64,000 bases of DNA from Escherichia phage vb_EcoM_bov11CS3: the sequence record MT884009.2; one strand, 5' to 3'. This document shows, piece by piece, positions 16,348 to 26,478 of this stretch (the stretch's first letter is position 1; each line of letters starts with the position of its first letter). A program made the translations under genes and the position numbers. The notes beneath the pieces are model-generated. The model saw only the letters and a list, made by a program, of their open reading frames with translations. It ran no database searches and had not been told where the DNA came from.

Positions 16348-17574
16348 TCAGAAAGGGATCGAGTCATCGAACTCATACTGTGCTGGATTCTGATCCATCG
16401 GGTCATCTTCCTCGTCATTTACAGGAGGAGCGTCTACAGTGTTTTGCTGTGGAGCTGCTTCCTGTTTGGCAGCTTGAGGTTCTTGATGGTCAGTGGACCC
16501 AGCACCGTTCTTGATCCAATCGTACAACGGCTCAGCCAGATTAGTCAAGACATCTTTTGCTTCTGCAGTAATTGCCGCTGCAAAATCATCAACTTTCGTT
16601 TTCTTGTCAATACGGCGACAAGCGTTCAACACCGCATTACCGACACTGGCACCTACTTCATCTTCAGTTCGGTTGGTGGCTTGAGCATACTCTTTCTTAA
16701 GCTCAATGGTGACTACGTGCAGTGTTTTAGCCACGCCCAGTGGGTCGTCTACCTTAAACCCGCGATCCAGGATGATCTGCAACGCATTGATGCTATGCCC
16801 CGTTTCCACACCGATAGGGTCGTAAGAGGATTTACGCTTGCCACCGGAGCCTTGAGTGCCGTTCTCTGCCTTAGGAGGATAGGCTTTGAAACCACTGATA
16901 ATGTTTCCGGTGTCTTTGTCAACAATGGCTGCAACACGACCACCTACCACCAGGTCTTTAAGCTGCTCATCAGTTACAACCATAGCACCTTCGCCAATCT
17001 TGTGGTCATTAACAGTAACCACGTTGCCAACAATCTGAGTCACATCGCCATAGATGCGTAAAACGTCCTGATTGGCATTCTGCTGAGGTTTCTGCTTCTG
17101 GCCTTGTGATTGTGCACCTTGTTGCTGTTTTTGCTGCTGAGTCGCTGCTGGAGCCTCTCCTGCACCCAGCTTAACCATCTTAGCCAGTGAGCCTTTGTAA
17201 TAGGTCTTACCGTTATGCTCGTTTGCCTTCAAAGGGATATTTACGATCCATCCTGGCGTTACGGTTTCCCACTTGTCATCAATCTTAACAGAGACAGAGT
17301 CTTGATGACCCGGTTTAAGCAGTTTATCACCCATGCTGATCCAGACTTCTTCACCACCTTGAAGCAGGTTATCAGAGGAATCCAGTTCAGAAATCAGTAA
17401 AGAGATGGTGTGGCTGGATTCAATTTTCTTACCTTGCCACACAGTGGTTTTAATACCTGTTGTAGGATCAGCACCTTTGATAGGCTTGATGCTGACACGT
17501 TTAATCATGCCGTGAGCCAGTAAAACAGTTTCACGCGGATTCATCGGGTTAGCGAATTGTTGGATAACGCTCAT
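16348..17574 (-). CDS. SSB-like single-stranded DNA-binding protein (408 aa)
   Basis: Acidic C-terminal tip ...YEFDDSIPF like the SSB DDDIPF tail; Gln/Gly-rich linker. Confidence 0.5.
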   Translation of the reverse strand: MSVIQQFANPMNPRETVLLAHGMIKRVSIKPIKGADPTTGIKTTVWQGKKIESSHTISLLISELDSSDNLLQGGEEVWISMGDKLLKPGHQDSVSVKIDDKWETVTPGWIVNIPLKANEHNGKTYYKGSLAKMVKLGAGEAPAATQQQKQQQGAQSQGQKQKPQQNANQDVLRIYGDVTQIVGNVVTVNDHKIGEGAMVVTDEQLKDLVVGGRVAAIVDKDTGNIISGFKAYPPKAENGTQGSGGKRKSSYDPIGVETGHSINALQIILDRGFKVDDPLGVAKTLHVVTIELKKEYAQATNRTEDEVGASVGNAVLNACRRIDKKTKVDDFAAAITAEAKDVLTNLAEPLYDWIKNGAGSTDHQEPQAAKQEAAPQQNTVDAPPVNDEEDDPMDQNPAQYEFDDSIPF

Positions 17575-17939
17575 TATTTGTCTCCTTGTTCTTCGTTAGT
17601 GTTTGCCGTGTGTGCAAACCCTGCTTGAATTAATTTGTCCTGAACTTGAGCCAGCAGGCCCATTGCAAAACTTGTGGTCCCAGAGAGGGCCATCAGCATA
17701 TCCCGTTGTTGAGCTACCCAACCTAAGGCATAGTCCAAACGACGATATTTTTCTTCTTCACGCAGAGCCTGGAATAATTGTTCAGCCTCTGGCTGTTGTG
17801 TAAGCTCCTGAAGTCTTCCCATGAAAGAAGAAAGCACTAGCAGAAGAGACACTTGATCTTTACTTAACCCTAAGAAAAATTCTTGAGGTTGTTCTTGCTC
17901 GTTCATCGCAACCGACGCTTGATCGTTCATTTGTTCCAT
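17574..17939 (-). CDS. hypothetical protein (121 aa)
   Basis: ATG start; track ORF. Confidence 0.5.
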   Translation of the reverse strand: MEQMNDQASVAMNEQEQPQEFFLGLSKDQVSLLLVLSSFMGRLQELTQQPEAEQLFQALREEEKYRRLDYALGWVAQQRDMLMALSGTTSFAMGLLAQVQDKLIQAGFAHTANTNEEQGDK

Positions 17940-18022
17940 TATGGAATCTCCGATTTTATTTGAACAACATAGAAGGAGACACTATTTTAGCATCCCCTTC
18001 TGTAAATTACAATAGATATTTG

Positions 18023-18268
18023 TTAGCCAATCACTTCAAAAGTTCCCCAATTCCCGTCCAGCAGGCAGGTGATCGGATCCCCATCGTCGTCAAAGATTTC
18101 AAAGTTTTCAGCATCCAGGATGTGGCCCTCGAACACAATACTTTCGTCGCCACCACCAGAAATAACAGCGTATTCCTTACCTTGAGTCAAGTTTTGACAC
18201 CCTTTGCCACCAAAACCTACTTCAACACAACGTACTTTCTGTCCTGCGCGAGCAACTACTTCAGTCAT
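18023..18268 (-). CDS. hypothetical protein (81 aa)
   Basis: ATG start; track ORF. Confidence 0.5.
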   Translation of the reverse strand: MTEVVARAGQKVRCVEVGFGGKGCQNLTQGKEYAVISGGGDESIVFEGHILDAENFEIFDDDGDPITCLLDGNWGTFEVIG

Positions 18269-18285
18269 CTTAAGGTCTCCTGATA

Positions 18286-18606
18286 TTAATCGTCAAGTTC
18301 AAAATAGATTTTAACAGCTTCATCAAAGATTGGAATCCCGATGTTGTTGATAAGCTGCCAAACTACCATATCTTTACCTGGATCTGGGAGAATGTCAACC
18401 TTTCTCCATGCGCTGTATACCCAGTTCGGACCGCCTTCTGCACTAACTGGCAGATTTTCACCAGCTTCCTGTAGATACTTATACAGCAAAAGATATTCTG
18501 GATACTCTAGAACACTGTCCTCTGTAGTATATAGCAGTTCACGGTATACTTTTAAGAACCCTGCTGGGGTAATGTTTTCAGTCTTCATTTGCCGCTTCTC
18601 CTGCAT
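18286..18606 (-). CDS. hypothetical protein (106 aa)
   Basis: ATG start; track ORF. Confidence 0.5.
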   Translation of the reverse strand: MQEKRQMKTENITPAGFLKVYRELLYTTEDSVLEYPEYLLLYKYLQEAGENLPVSAEGGPNWVYSAWRKVDILPDPGKDMVVWQLINNIGIPIFDEAVKIYFELDD

Positions 18607-18967
18607 TCATCAGGTCTGCCATAGCGTCACCCACGAAGAGAACAACCACATCGTTGACAGCGTCAGCATCATCTTTGTTGACGTTGCTGAATTTAGGACA
18701 CACAGCAATGATCATATAGACACCGTTACCCACCTGAACTGTCCGTGTGGTGCACATCATGGCTGTATTTGTGCCTTCTTTGAAGGCGAAGCCTTGAAGA
18801 CGCTCCTCTAAAGTGTTACCGGTAGATTTCAGAAGCGCCAGCTCGTCCAAGGCATAGATGATATCTCCTGAAGTTAGTGTTGCCTTGCCATCAGACACCA
18901 TAATCACTCCATCAGCACCGTCAAGCTTAGAGGCTTCAAAGATATCAATATCCCAAATATTTTTCAT
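18578..18967 (-). CDS. hypothetical protein (about 129 aa)
   Basis: ATG one codon inside the track GTG start. Confidence 0.5.
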   Translation of the reverse strand: MKNIWDIDIFEASKLDGADGVIMVSDGKATLTSGDIIYALDELALLKSTGNTLEERLQGFAFKEGTNTAMMCTTRTVQVGNGVYMIIAVCPKFSNVNKDDADAVNDVVVLFVGDAMADLMNAGEAANED

Positions 18968-19239
18968 CACGCTTCCTCGTCGTCTAAGTAATCATCAAGA
19001 GAGGTGAAGATTTCACCGAAGTATTCTAAGATTTCTAGCTCACGTGTGGTGCAGAAAACACAGTCACCGTTGTCATCCTCGATAACGGCCTTTTTACCCA
19101 GCACATCTACTTCAAGTTTATCGTTCAACAGGACAGCTCCTGTGTAAACTTTGTCGGCTGTACAGTCCCGAAAAGCAGAATCCTTCTCCAGATAGTCTGG
19201 CTTAACCTTGGCTTTAATTCGTTGATATTGTTTAGTCAT
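18967..19239 (-). CDS. hypothetical protein (about 90 aa; track start 19299 is TTG inside a promoter)
   Basis: ATG with SD aagggg; the track TTG start overlaps the promoter at 19271-19299. Confidence 0.45.
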   Translation of the reverse strand: MTKQYQRIKAKVKPDYLEKDSAFRDCTADKVYTGAVLLNDKLEVDVLGKKAVIEDDNGDCVFCTTRELEILEYFGEIFTSLDDYLDDEEA

Positions 19240-19270
19240 TGCTGTGGTCCCCTTTCGTTTTGATAGGGCC

Positions 19271-19299
19271 ATTATATTAGGCCCCATCACTGTTGTCAA
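19271..19299 (-). promoter_or_regulatory. Consensus sigma70 promoter (TTGACA-17-TATAAT) with the -10 inside palindrome GGGCC-N9-GGCCC
   Basis: Perfect consensus hexamers read from reverse complement; palindrome at 19266-19284. Confidence 0.6.
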
Positions 19300-19302
19300 G
19301 TA

Positions 19303-19557
19303 TTAATGTTCAGGTTTTACAAAAACTACTTCGTTAACAGTGCACCAGACAGAATCTCCTTCGTCATCTTTAAAGGTAAGGCACTGGGCTGAGTTTTCCA
19401 GCTCATCAATCTCTTCTTGTGATAAAGGAGCCCCTTCTTCCAAAAGGGCTTTTACTAAAGGGTTCTCACAAAACTCTGCTTCATAAATAGCACCAAGCGT
19501 GCAATCTTTAAAAGCTCGGTCATTTGCAACGCATGCTGGTTTCAACATGATTTTCAT
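19303..19557 (-). CDS. hypothetical protein (84 aa)
   Basis: ATG start; track ORF. Confidence 0.5.
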   Translation of the reverse strand: MKIMLKPACVANDRAFKDCTLGAIYEAEFCENPLVKALLEEGAPLSQEEIDELENSAQCLTFKDDEGDSVWCTVNEVVFVKPEH

Positions 19558-19633
19558 TTTAGCAGTCTCCTCAATTATTTAAAAATCAACTCTCTGTTTG
19601 TGTGAAGCATCTTATATCTAATCTTACTTCTTG

Positions 19634-20005
19634 TCAATGACTATTTTCAATCAGCCACACAGGGTCGAGGTAAATTTGTTGGCGTGTTGCCCAATGACAA
19701 ACTTCATTGTACGTCTGAACCTCTTTGTCTGTCAATTCACGAATAGGCTCATCTATACCCTCATTTTTGTGGTAATCCCAGTCGGCATCGATTTCCCACA
19801 GCCATGACTTGTTGTCACCACGCTTACGCACACAGAAGTCACCAGGACGGCCTGCCAGTGCATTTAAGAACTCGTTCTCTGCTCGCTCCTGAAGAATGCT
19901 AAGGAGCAAAACGTTGGAGCATGACCGTAAAATATGCTTCAGCTCGCAGTCATCAATCTCAACTTCAATACGTTGTTTGACTGTGTGGGTACCTTTTACT
20001 AACAT
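19634..20005 (-). CDS. hypothetical protein (about 123 aa; track start is TTG)
   Basis: ATG with strong SD gaggagg. Confidence 0.5.
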   Translation of the reverse strand: MLVKGTHTVKQRIEVEIDDCELKHILRSCSNVLLLSILQERAENEFLNALAGRPGDFCVRKRGDNKSWLWEIDADWDYHKNEGIDEPIRELTDKEVQTYNEVCHWATRQQIYLDPVWLIENSH

Positions 20006-20015
20006 TCTACCTCCT

Positions 20016-20210
20016 CTATACAAACTCTGCAAGTGTTGTGTTGTTCACTGCACCGCAGTAAATGGAGTATCCCAGCCCATTAGGGTGCAGAAACCACGGC
20101 GTGCCGAAATTATCTTTCACGTAGACATCGCCGTTGCTTGTAAAGGGCCAATATTCTTCACCAAGGGTGAAATACCTACTCATGCCCTCAGCCAGATACT
20201 TTACTTTCAT
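20016..20210 (-). CDS. hypothetical protein (64 aa)
   Basis: ATG start; track ORF. Confidence 0.45.
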   Translation of the reverse strand: MKVKYLAEGMSRYFTLGEEYWPFTSNGDVYVKDNFGTPWFLHPNGLGYSIYCGAVNNTTLAEFV

Positions 20211-20434
20211 AGGTCCTCTTCAACAGCTACAAACTTGGCAAGCAGGGTGGTTCCGTAGATATGATACTCACCGTTTGCCAGATGGGAGATAAACCAGGCA
20301 ATCCCTTCCTCGTCTTTAATCATCTTGTTTGCACGAGCTTTATCGTAATAAACCTCGTAGGTCTTTCCTTCTTTAAAGAATGACAGGTCTGTCATCTTTT
20401 CTTCTACAAAGGTAGCTTTAACCAAAGTCGTCAT
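20207..20434 (-). CDS. hypothetical protein (75 aa)
   Basis: ATG start; overlapping stop/start with neighbours. Confidence 0.5.
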   Translation of the reverse strand: MTTLVKATFVEEKMTDLSFFKEGKTYEVYYDKARANKMIKDEEGIAWFISHLANGEYHIYGTTLLAKFVAVEEDL

Positions 20435-20715
20435 TGATCAGTCTCCTTCTTGTTAAGTCTGAATACTGCAATAATAGCATTCCCAAGGTGCAGTGTCAAA
20501 TCATTTCCAAGATACCACAGCATTCCACGGTCATCTTTGATGAAAGGGTGACAATCTGGTGCCTTCCAGACATTGTACACTTTCCCAACCTGAAAGAAAT
20601 CAGGCCCTGTTGGGATTTTAGTGCCTGGCCACACTTGAGATACCTGAACACACTCCACCTGCATAATAACAGGGATAGTCATGGATGTAAATGTTTTTGT
20701 TGGTTCTACTACCAT
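20431..20715 (-). CDS. hypothetical protein (about 94 aa; start uncertain)
   Basis: Internal ATG with SD agaggag preferred over the track GTG at 20805. Confidence 0.4.
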   Translation of the reverse strand: MVVEPTKTFTSMTIPVIMQVECVQVSQVWPGTKIPTGPDFFQVGKVYNVWKAPDCHPFIKDDRGMLWYLGNDLTLHLGNAIIAVFRLNKKETDQ

Positions 20716-20764
20716 AAAAGTCTCCTCTTTGCTCAACAACACTTCCATGTGTTGATAGTTTACA

Positions 20765-23542
20765 TTAGTGACAATCACCCCAATTACGACCACACAGGTA
20801 TTCACCTGTGATCTGGAACGGGACGCCCATCATTTTAGAAGCTTGCCAGAAGCAATGCACCACCATTTCACCCACAGGGCTCCAGATAAGTTCAAGCTTT
20901 CCGTCATCGTTCAGGATAGGATCGTACACCGTGTTTCCGTCTCTGTCAACCACTTCGTTTCCGTCCTCATCCTTGCGTGCCTTTTTGTACTTATGACCGT
21001 CGAACACATGAAGTTTGGCCTCCTGCTCTGCCTTAAATGCTTCCAGTTCTTCGATTGTGTCGAAGGTGTACACAGTCTTATACTTCGGTGTGTCAGGGAC
21101 TTGAAGCTGATATTCGTCATGGTAATAGATAATACGACGAACACCTTCATCGTACCACCCACGCTTCACCATTTGATGGTGCATGAGTATCCCAACTAAG
21201 TCACACAACGATGCGCCGCCATTTTGTTGGTATGCATTAAGTAAAGAGTGTTTAGATCGGGTCCAGATAGCATGACCATCAAAAGAGTAGATAAACTTCT
21301 TACCCGTTGCTTCCCAGAACTTCTCCAGATCTTCTTTACGCCCCTTAAGACCAGGGTTGGCATCCCAGAGTGCATCGATTACCCTTTGTCCCAACTCTGG
21401 AGAGATGTCCAGCATATCTGCAACTTTATCTTTTTGTGCCCCATACATAACCCCATACGTGATAGGTTTACCGTCGTTACGAGACACCTCTCTACCTGCT
21501 ACTTTTGTATATGCCTCAGCATTGTTTTGGTGTGCGTCCCCGTTACTTACAACATCGTAATACAGGCCGTTGTCGAACTCAAAGGCACCCCAAGCCCCGA
21601 TAAGCTGCTCTAAGTTGGACCCGTCAATACCGATCTCAAAGTATCCTGGAGGAACACCCCACAGACTACGCATCTCTTTACCCATAACCACTTTAGGAGA
21701 TGGTTTAGGCATGTTTGCACAAATACTGTGTTTCTGTCGGGAAGTGTTTGTTAATCCAGAACTTTTAGCAGGAAGCTTATGGTCAATCTTCAAACGTGGG
21801 TGATTAAGAAGACCAGTATCAACCTTATCCTCCTTGATTGGATCAAGGACCGATCTGCGGTTTCGCAATGATAACCACAAGACGATATCTTTAGCCATCT
21901 CTCCGTTCAATTTTTCAAGATTCGGGCATAGGTGTCCAAACGTATCTTTCAGTTGCGGAGAAGTAATAAGTGCCCTAGCTTTTCTACGTATTTTCCCGAA
22001 TACTTCCTTTTTAATCCTTTCGGAGTTAGGAAAGCTTCGGAACTTGTGCACGGTTGTCTGGAACTTAGCATCAGTTTTGTTCCAGAAGTTGATAATTAGG
22101 TCACAATACTCTGACTCTAAAAGCTCGTCCATATATGCATACACTCGTGCATCAACATCTGCATCAGGTAGAGCTTTCTTCTTGCTGTCTTTAGTTACAT
22201 CCTTAGTTCTCCACATTGTCGGAAGCCAACCAGCACTGATCAGGTATCGCTTAATATCGTCCTGATTGCTGATTTTCATAGGTATCTTGCAGTCAGGCAT
22301 TCGCTTCTGCTGTAGATCACTTATTGCCTGATCCATTAGCTCTTTAGGTAAAGGTTGTGGTGTGGAGGTGCCCTTGATATAGCCCCTCAAGAAATCCGCC
22401 ATCTTATCAGGGTCTTTACAGCCCATCTCTTCACACCATTTTATCCCCATCTTACTGACATCTCCTGTGGAGGTAAATGCTCGCTTAGGAGGAGCTTTGA
22501 ATTCTAAAGCACTCATGTCCACAGGGTAGCCAAGCTTGTCTTTTAACCATTTCCAACCATTATTGGAGATTGTCCCATCCTGGTTAAACGGCTTTTCAGG
22601 GAACTTAGGCCGCTGAGACATTGATAACTCTTTTAAAGGAAGTTGTGGTTCAACACGATCAGCGATCTCTTTCATCCACGCATCGCAGCGGTCACGTAAA
22701 GCAATAGCCCCATCTATGTCGAAATACACACCCTGTCGAGCCTGCAGCTCCATCAGGAAATGCTGCAGCATGCCTCGGCGTAATGCATTCTTCCAGGTAA
22801 TCTTCTTGAATCCTTTAGGCTTCTCTTTGGCAGGGTCATACATAAAGTTCTGCATGTCAGATTTGCCGTAGAATACACCTTTTGATTCCGCTACCAACTC
22901 TTTCCAGAGCAACTCCTGGATGATAACGTCCTCGAACACACGATCCACATATTTCCACAGCGGAAGATCGCGCCAGTCATCAATTTGAACTTTCTGGTTA
23001 CCAAGGGCGTAGCCCCATGCCATAAGGCCGTGAGGACCAACAGGTTGCATTTTCTTAGTAACCGGGTTGAATACAGCGTCCGGACAACCTTTTGGTAAAG
23101 GGCGATCAGGCCACAAGATTCGGCTCATAGCCAACGTATCAAACAGGTTAACCTGGTGGTCGTTGATAGTCCCCATGCATTTAGGATCACGGAACATATC
23201 AAAATGAATACCGGATAATCTTTCCATTAGCATAAAGTCATAACTGTAGCAGTTATGGCAGTTCAAAGCTGTTGGTGACCAGTCAGAATTGCCTGTAAGC
23301 CAACCTTCCAACTCCGAAAAATCTGCTATGCGAACTTCAAAATCTTTATAAAGAGTTTTCTTTGCCAGAATGAAGTTCTTAGCCTTTTCTATATCCTCCT
23401 CGGAGTAGTGTGTGCGGTCATTTAGAGGAAGGAACAGCATAAAACGGTTCTTATTCAGCTCTTTAAACAGACCGCAGTGATAATAAAGATCTGGGTCTTC
23501 CAGCAAACCGGATGACTCAAAATCGAAAGACCACATACTCAT
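20765..23542 (-). CDS. DNA polymerase, family A (Pol I-like), 925 aa
   Basis: Motif B-like RNDGKPITYGVMYGAQ and motif C-like YYHDEYQ; ATG with SD aaggaga. Confidence 0.9.
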   Translation of the reverse strand: MSMWSFDFESSGLLEDPDLYYHCGLFKELNKNRFMLFLPLNDRTHYSEEDIEKAKNFILAKKTLYKDFEVRIADFSELEGWLTGNSDWSPTALNCHNCYSYDFMLMERLSGIHFDMFRDPKCMGTINDHQVNLFDTLAMSRILWPDRPLPKGCPDAVFNPVTKKMQPVGPHGLMAWGYALGNQKVQIDDWRDLPLWKYVDRVFEDVIIQELLWKELVAESKGVFYGKSDMQNFMYDPAKEKPKGFKKITWKNALRRGMLQHFLMELQARQGVYFDIDGAIALRDRCDAWMKEIADRVEPQLPLKELSMSQRPKFPEKPFNQDGTISNNGWKWLKDKLGYPVDMSALEFKAPPKRAFTSTGDVSKMGIKWCEEMGCKDPDKMADFLRGYIKGTSTPQPLPKELMDQAISDLQQKRMPDCKIPMKISNQDDIKRYLISAGWLPTMWRTKDVTKDSKKKALPDADVDARVYAYMDELLESEYCDLIINFWNKTDAKFQTTVHKFRSFPNSERIKKEVFGKIRRKARALITSPQLKDTFGHLCPNLEKLNGEMAKDIVLWLSLRNRRSVLDPIKEDKVDTGLLNHPRLKIDHKLPAKSSGLTNTSRQKHSICANMPKPSPKVVMGKEMRSLWGVPPGYFEIGIDGSNLEQLIGAWGAFEFDNGLYYDVVSNGDAHQNNAEAYTKVAGREVSRNDGKPITYGVMYGAQKDKVADMLDISPELGQRVIDALWDANPGLKGRKEDLEKFWEATGKKFIYSFDGHAIWTRSKHSLLNAYQQNGGASLCDLVGILMHHQMVKRGWYDEGVRRIIYYHDEYQLQVPDTPKYKTVYTFDTIEELEAFKAEQEAKLHVFDGHKYKKARKDEDGNEVVDRDGNTVYDPILNDDGKLELIWSPVGEMVVHCFWQASKMMGVPFQITGEYLCGRNWGDCH

Positions 23543-23600
23543 ATACAGTTCTCCTTAAAGGGGAGGCGGTTGTACTACCCCTCCCACTCTTTGTTAAACA

Positions 23601-25679
23601 TTAAAAAGGCGTTTCATCATCCTCAAAACCAGGGACCGGGTCAGAGGATGGATCATCGTACTGGAGGTCTTCCTGCGTGTCAACAGGCTTAACAGTAGGA
23701 GTTACAACCTTATCAGCCACAACCTTGCCCATAGGTGTTTCTACAACTGCATGCTCCTGATCCTCAAACATAGCCTGAGGTCTCCAAACAACCTCCCCAC
23801 CTTCTCCGTCTGTAAACATTTGCATTTCTTTGTCCCAGTACCAATTACTGGCATCATGGAACTTACCTGTGTGCGGGTCCATAACCAAAGTGTCAGCAAT
23901 ACCTAAAGTTTTTGCTGGACGGTTTTTAAGACCTACCAGACGGACACGTCCACGAGAACGATCCACCATTTCTTCGGCCTCGACACCTATGACTACCCAA
24001 CTCAACTGTTCAAGCCCCGCCGATCCTCGCAAATTCTCTTTTCGCACAGGATACCAGAAAGGTAACGGGTTACCATCCTTGTCCTTAGGAGGCACAATCT
24101 CTGTACGTTTGAGGTGAGCGATCACCAAGATAAACACGTTAAACTGCTTACAAAACGCAGCCAGCTGAGTCATAGCCATGTCCAGTTCTTTTCGCTCATC
24201 CTTAACATTAAGCCCTGAAATTACCATGGACAGGTGATCCAGCACAATATAACGGCAATGGTACAGGCAAACCATTTGCTTAAGCTTGGTAATCAACTCG
24301 TCCACCGGAATAGATCCGAAATGTTTGAACACTTTGATTTTTCCAGCTTTTGCCCATGATTGGTGAATCTCTGCGTGTTCTTGATCAGTTAAAAACTGGC
24401 TAGGATCTTCAACAAACTCTTTAACATCAAACCCTAACTGGTTTGCATACAAGGAGTTAATTGCTTCCTCTGGGTCCTCCTCAAGATGGATCATACATAG
24501 ACGATCATCCTCTTCATAGTCATCAGCCTTCGGGCATGTCGGGTCCATTAGGTATCTTGCAATACAATGTTCCAGTTTTTTAGCTACAGTTGTTTTACCG
24601 CCCCCTGATGGCCCTGTAAGCATTACGAGTGTCCCTTTGTGCAAGCCTTTTAGCATTTTTTGCAGTTTTGGGAACTCTGCGCTGATATCTACCCCGTTGG
24701 AAGTCTTTTTCCGCAAAGACTCGATAGAGAAGTCTTCTAAGTCCGACACAGCATCAGGCACATATTTAACAGGATGCCGGAACATGTTGACAATATCTTC
24801 CAGCTTTTTAGCCTTCAGCATGTCTCGGATATCTTTTACACCGTCAGGGTCGTTTACTTCACCAGGGTATTCTACGTGGTAAACGTTATCAGCCATCAAA
24901 AATGCTGCGATATTGTGCGTGGCCTCAACACCTTTAATGACGTGTTTTTGCTTCTCTACCTCGTTAGCTGCATCGTTATCCATTGCCAGCACAACTGTTC
25001 CATAGCTACGGATAAACTTCTCATTGTTTGCAAAAGTATCTACTGCGTTTGCACATCCACAGTTAATTCCAACAAAAGGTAGGCAGGGTTTTCCTGCCAG
25101 ATCACCACCGTTGATAACTGCGTCGATCCCGTCCTGGACCTCTTTAGCCCACTGCTTCACCTTTGCCGGGGCTTTAGCGTTGGTGAGAATCCCTTTTACT
25201 TGTATCTGATATGCAGCCTGCCATGCTGCAATAACATCACCTTCTCCCTCACAAACGTTAATCTGCTTACGGTTGTTGGAAGATGCACACAGCTTTTGAC
25301 CAAACATCTGGGAGTTGGCCTTTACGATGCCAACAACGGAGAAATGGCCCCTTTGCTCTTTAGGAATAGTCCAGTCACGCTTTTTGAAACCAGACAGATT
25401 TCCGTAGCGGTCGTAATATGGGAAATATGTTGCAGTGACTGTCACACCGTCTTCTTGGGACAATGCTGATCGCACACCAAAATATTGTGCAGCCATCAGA
25501 CCGATATTTTGTTGTGGGACAGGGACAATTTTAGTATTTTCTAAAACAGTCTCTACAGTTTCAACTTCTTTTTCATCACGATAGTCTCGTTTCACACTTC
25601 CCCCACTTTTATACTTAGTTGCTTTCGGGTTTGGCTCACCGAAACGGTTGTATGCAGATGCCATAAATTTACTTCCCAT
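23601..25679 (-). CDS. Primase-helicase (T7 gp4-like; TOPRIM plus DnaB-type helicase), 692 aa
   Basis: TOPRIM-like VCEGEGD and AMDNDAAN; Walker A LTGPSGGGKTT; ATG with SD aaggag. Confidence 0.9.
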   Translation of the reverse strand: MGSKFMASAYNRFGEPNPKATKYKSGGSVKRDYRDEKEVETVETVLENTKIVPVPQQNIGLMAAQYFGVRSALSQEDGVTVTATYFPYYDRYGNLSGFKKRDWTIPKEQRGHFSVVGIVKANSQMFGQKLCASSNNRKQINVCEGEGDVIAAWQAAYQIQVKGILTNAKAPAKVKQWAKEVQDGIDAVINGGDLAGKPCLPFVGINCGCANAVDTFANNEKFIRSYGTVVLAMDNDAANEVEKQKHVIKGVEATHNIAAFLMADNVYHVEYPGEVNDPDGVKDIRDMLKAKKLEDIVNMFRHPVKYVPDAVSDLEDFSIESLRKKTSNGVDISAEFPKLQKMLKGLHKGTLVMLTGPSGGGKTTVAKKLEHCIARYLMDPTCPKADDYEEDDRLCMIHLEEDPEEAINSLYANQLGFDVKEFVEDPSQFLTDQEHAEIHQSWAKAGKIKVFKHFGSIPVDELITKLKQMVCLYHCRYIVLDHLSMVISGLNVKDERKELDMAMTQLAAFCKQFNVFILVIAHLKRTEIVPPKDKDGNPLPFWYPVRKENLRGSAGLEQLSWVVIGVEAEEMVDRSRGRVRLVGLKNRPAKTLGIADTLVMDPHTGKFHDASNWYWDKEMQMFTDGEGGEVVWRPQAMFEDQEHAVVETPMGKVVADKVVTPTVKPVDTQEDLQYDDPSSDPVPGFEDDETPF

Positions 25680-26433
25680 TAATTCTGCTCCTTACTACAG
25701 GCTCGTTTGCTAAGAATACGGCTTTTGCCCAGCCACGTGGTGTGAGGCTTCGAATCATCTTCGTTCTTGCACTCTTTCCACCCAGCTTGGCGTGTTGCAT
25801 GGAATACCCGCTAACCACGTCAACTATTTGCGGGACAGGTTTTGTGGCCGGGATTATAAATCCATTACCTATCCAGCCGCAAGTTATTTTTGGATAGGCA
25901 TCACGTGGAGCTATAAATTCAGGAAACCATGGGTTTACATCATCTTCCGGTAAATACCCGCCATAATCCGAAGGGTGAAAACGGTAATCAGGTTTGCGCC
26001 ACAGTGTGGACATAACACCCACAGGGTTCTCTACATGCCACGGGCAATCGTAAATCTCTCCCAGCTCTTCCGCAACCCGAGCATCCTTTACAGCATTAAT
26101 TTGGATCATGGGGTCCTTAGCCAGCTTTTTCTTAAAATGTGCAGCACCTGATACCGCTAAATGCGTGCACGGAGGAAATGCAAGAATAAAGTCTGGAGCC
26201 GGATACATGCAAAAAGTTTCCTGTGGGAACCACGGGTCAATCCAATAGTCCACATAGTGAATGTTGGGATGATCGGTGATCACCTCTGCATAACTGCCGT
26301 GATCAGCGCCTTCTGCATTAAAGCACAGGCACAGGTACCCAGCTTTTGCCCAGTCAATGACTGCACCACCAGACCCGTCAAATAGACTCCACACAACACC
26401 TTTGTGGTAGTGCTCTTTGTAGATAAATTTCAA
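25669..26433 (-). CDS. DNA cytosine-C5 methyltransferase-like protein (about 254 aa), probable TTG start
   Basis: Motif I LFDGSGG, motif IV-like FPPCTH (PCQ-like), motif VI-like VENPVG; TTG with SD aggaga; the track GTG lies inside the terminator stem. Confidence 0.5.
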   Translation of the reverse strand: MKFIYKEHYHKGVVWSLFDGSGGAVIDWAKAGYLCLCFNAEGADHGSYAEVITDHPNIHYVDYWIDPWFPQETFCMYPAPDFILAFPPCTHLAVSGAAHFKKKLAKDPMIQINAVKDARVAEELGEIYDCPWHVENPVGVMSTLWRKPDYRFHPSDYGGYLPEDDVNPWFPEFIAPRDAYPKITCGWIGNGFIIPATKPVPQIVDVVSGYSMQHAKLGGKSARTKMIRSLTPRGWAKAVFLANEPVVRSRINGK

Positions 26434-26451
26434 TTTGCTGTCTCCTAATGC

Positions 26452-26478
26452 AAAAAGCCCCACCCTTTCGGGCAGGGC
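26452..26478 (-). terminator. Rho-independent terminator with GAAA tetraloop (copy 2 of 2)
   Basis: Same hairpin as 15716-15745; 3-prime of gene 26485-26967. Confidence 0.65.
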
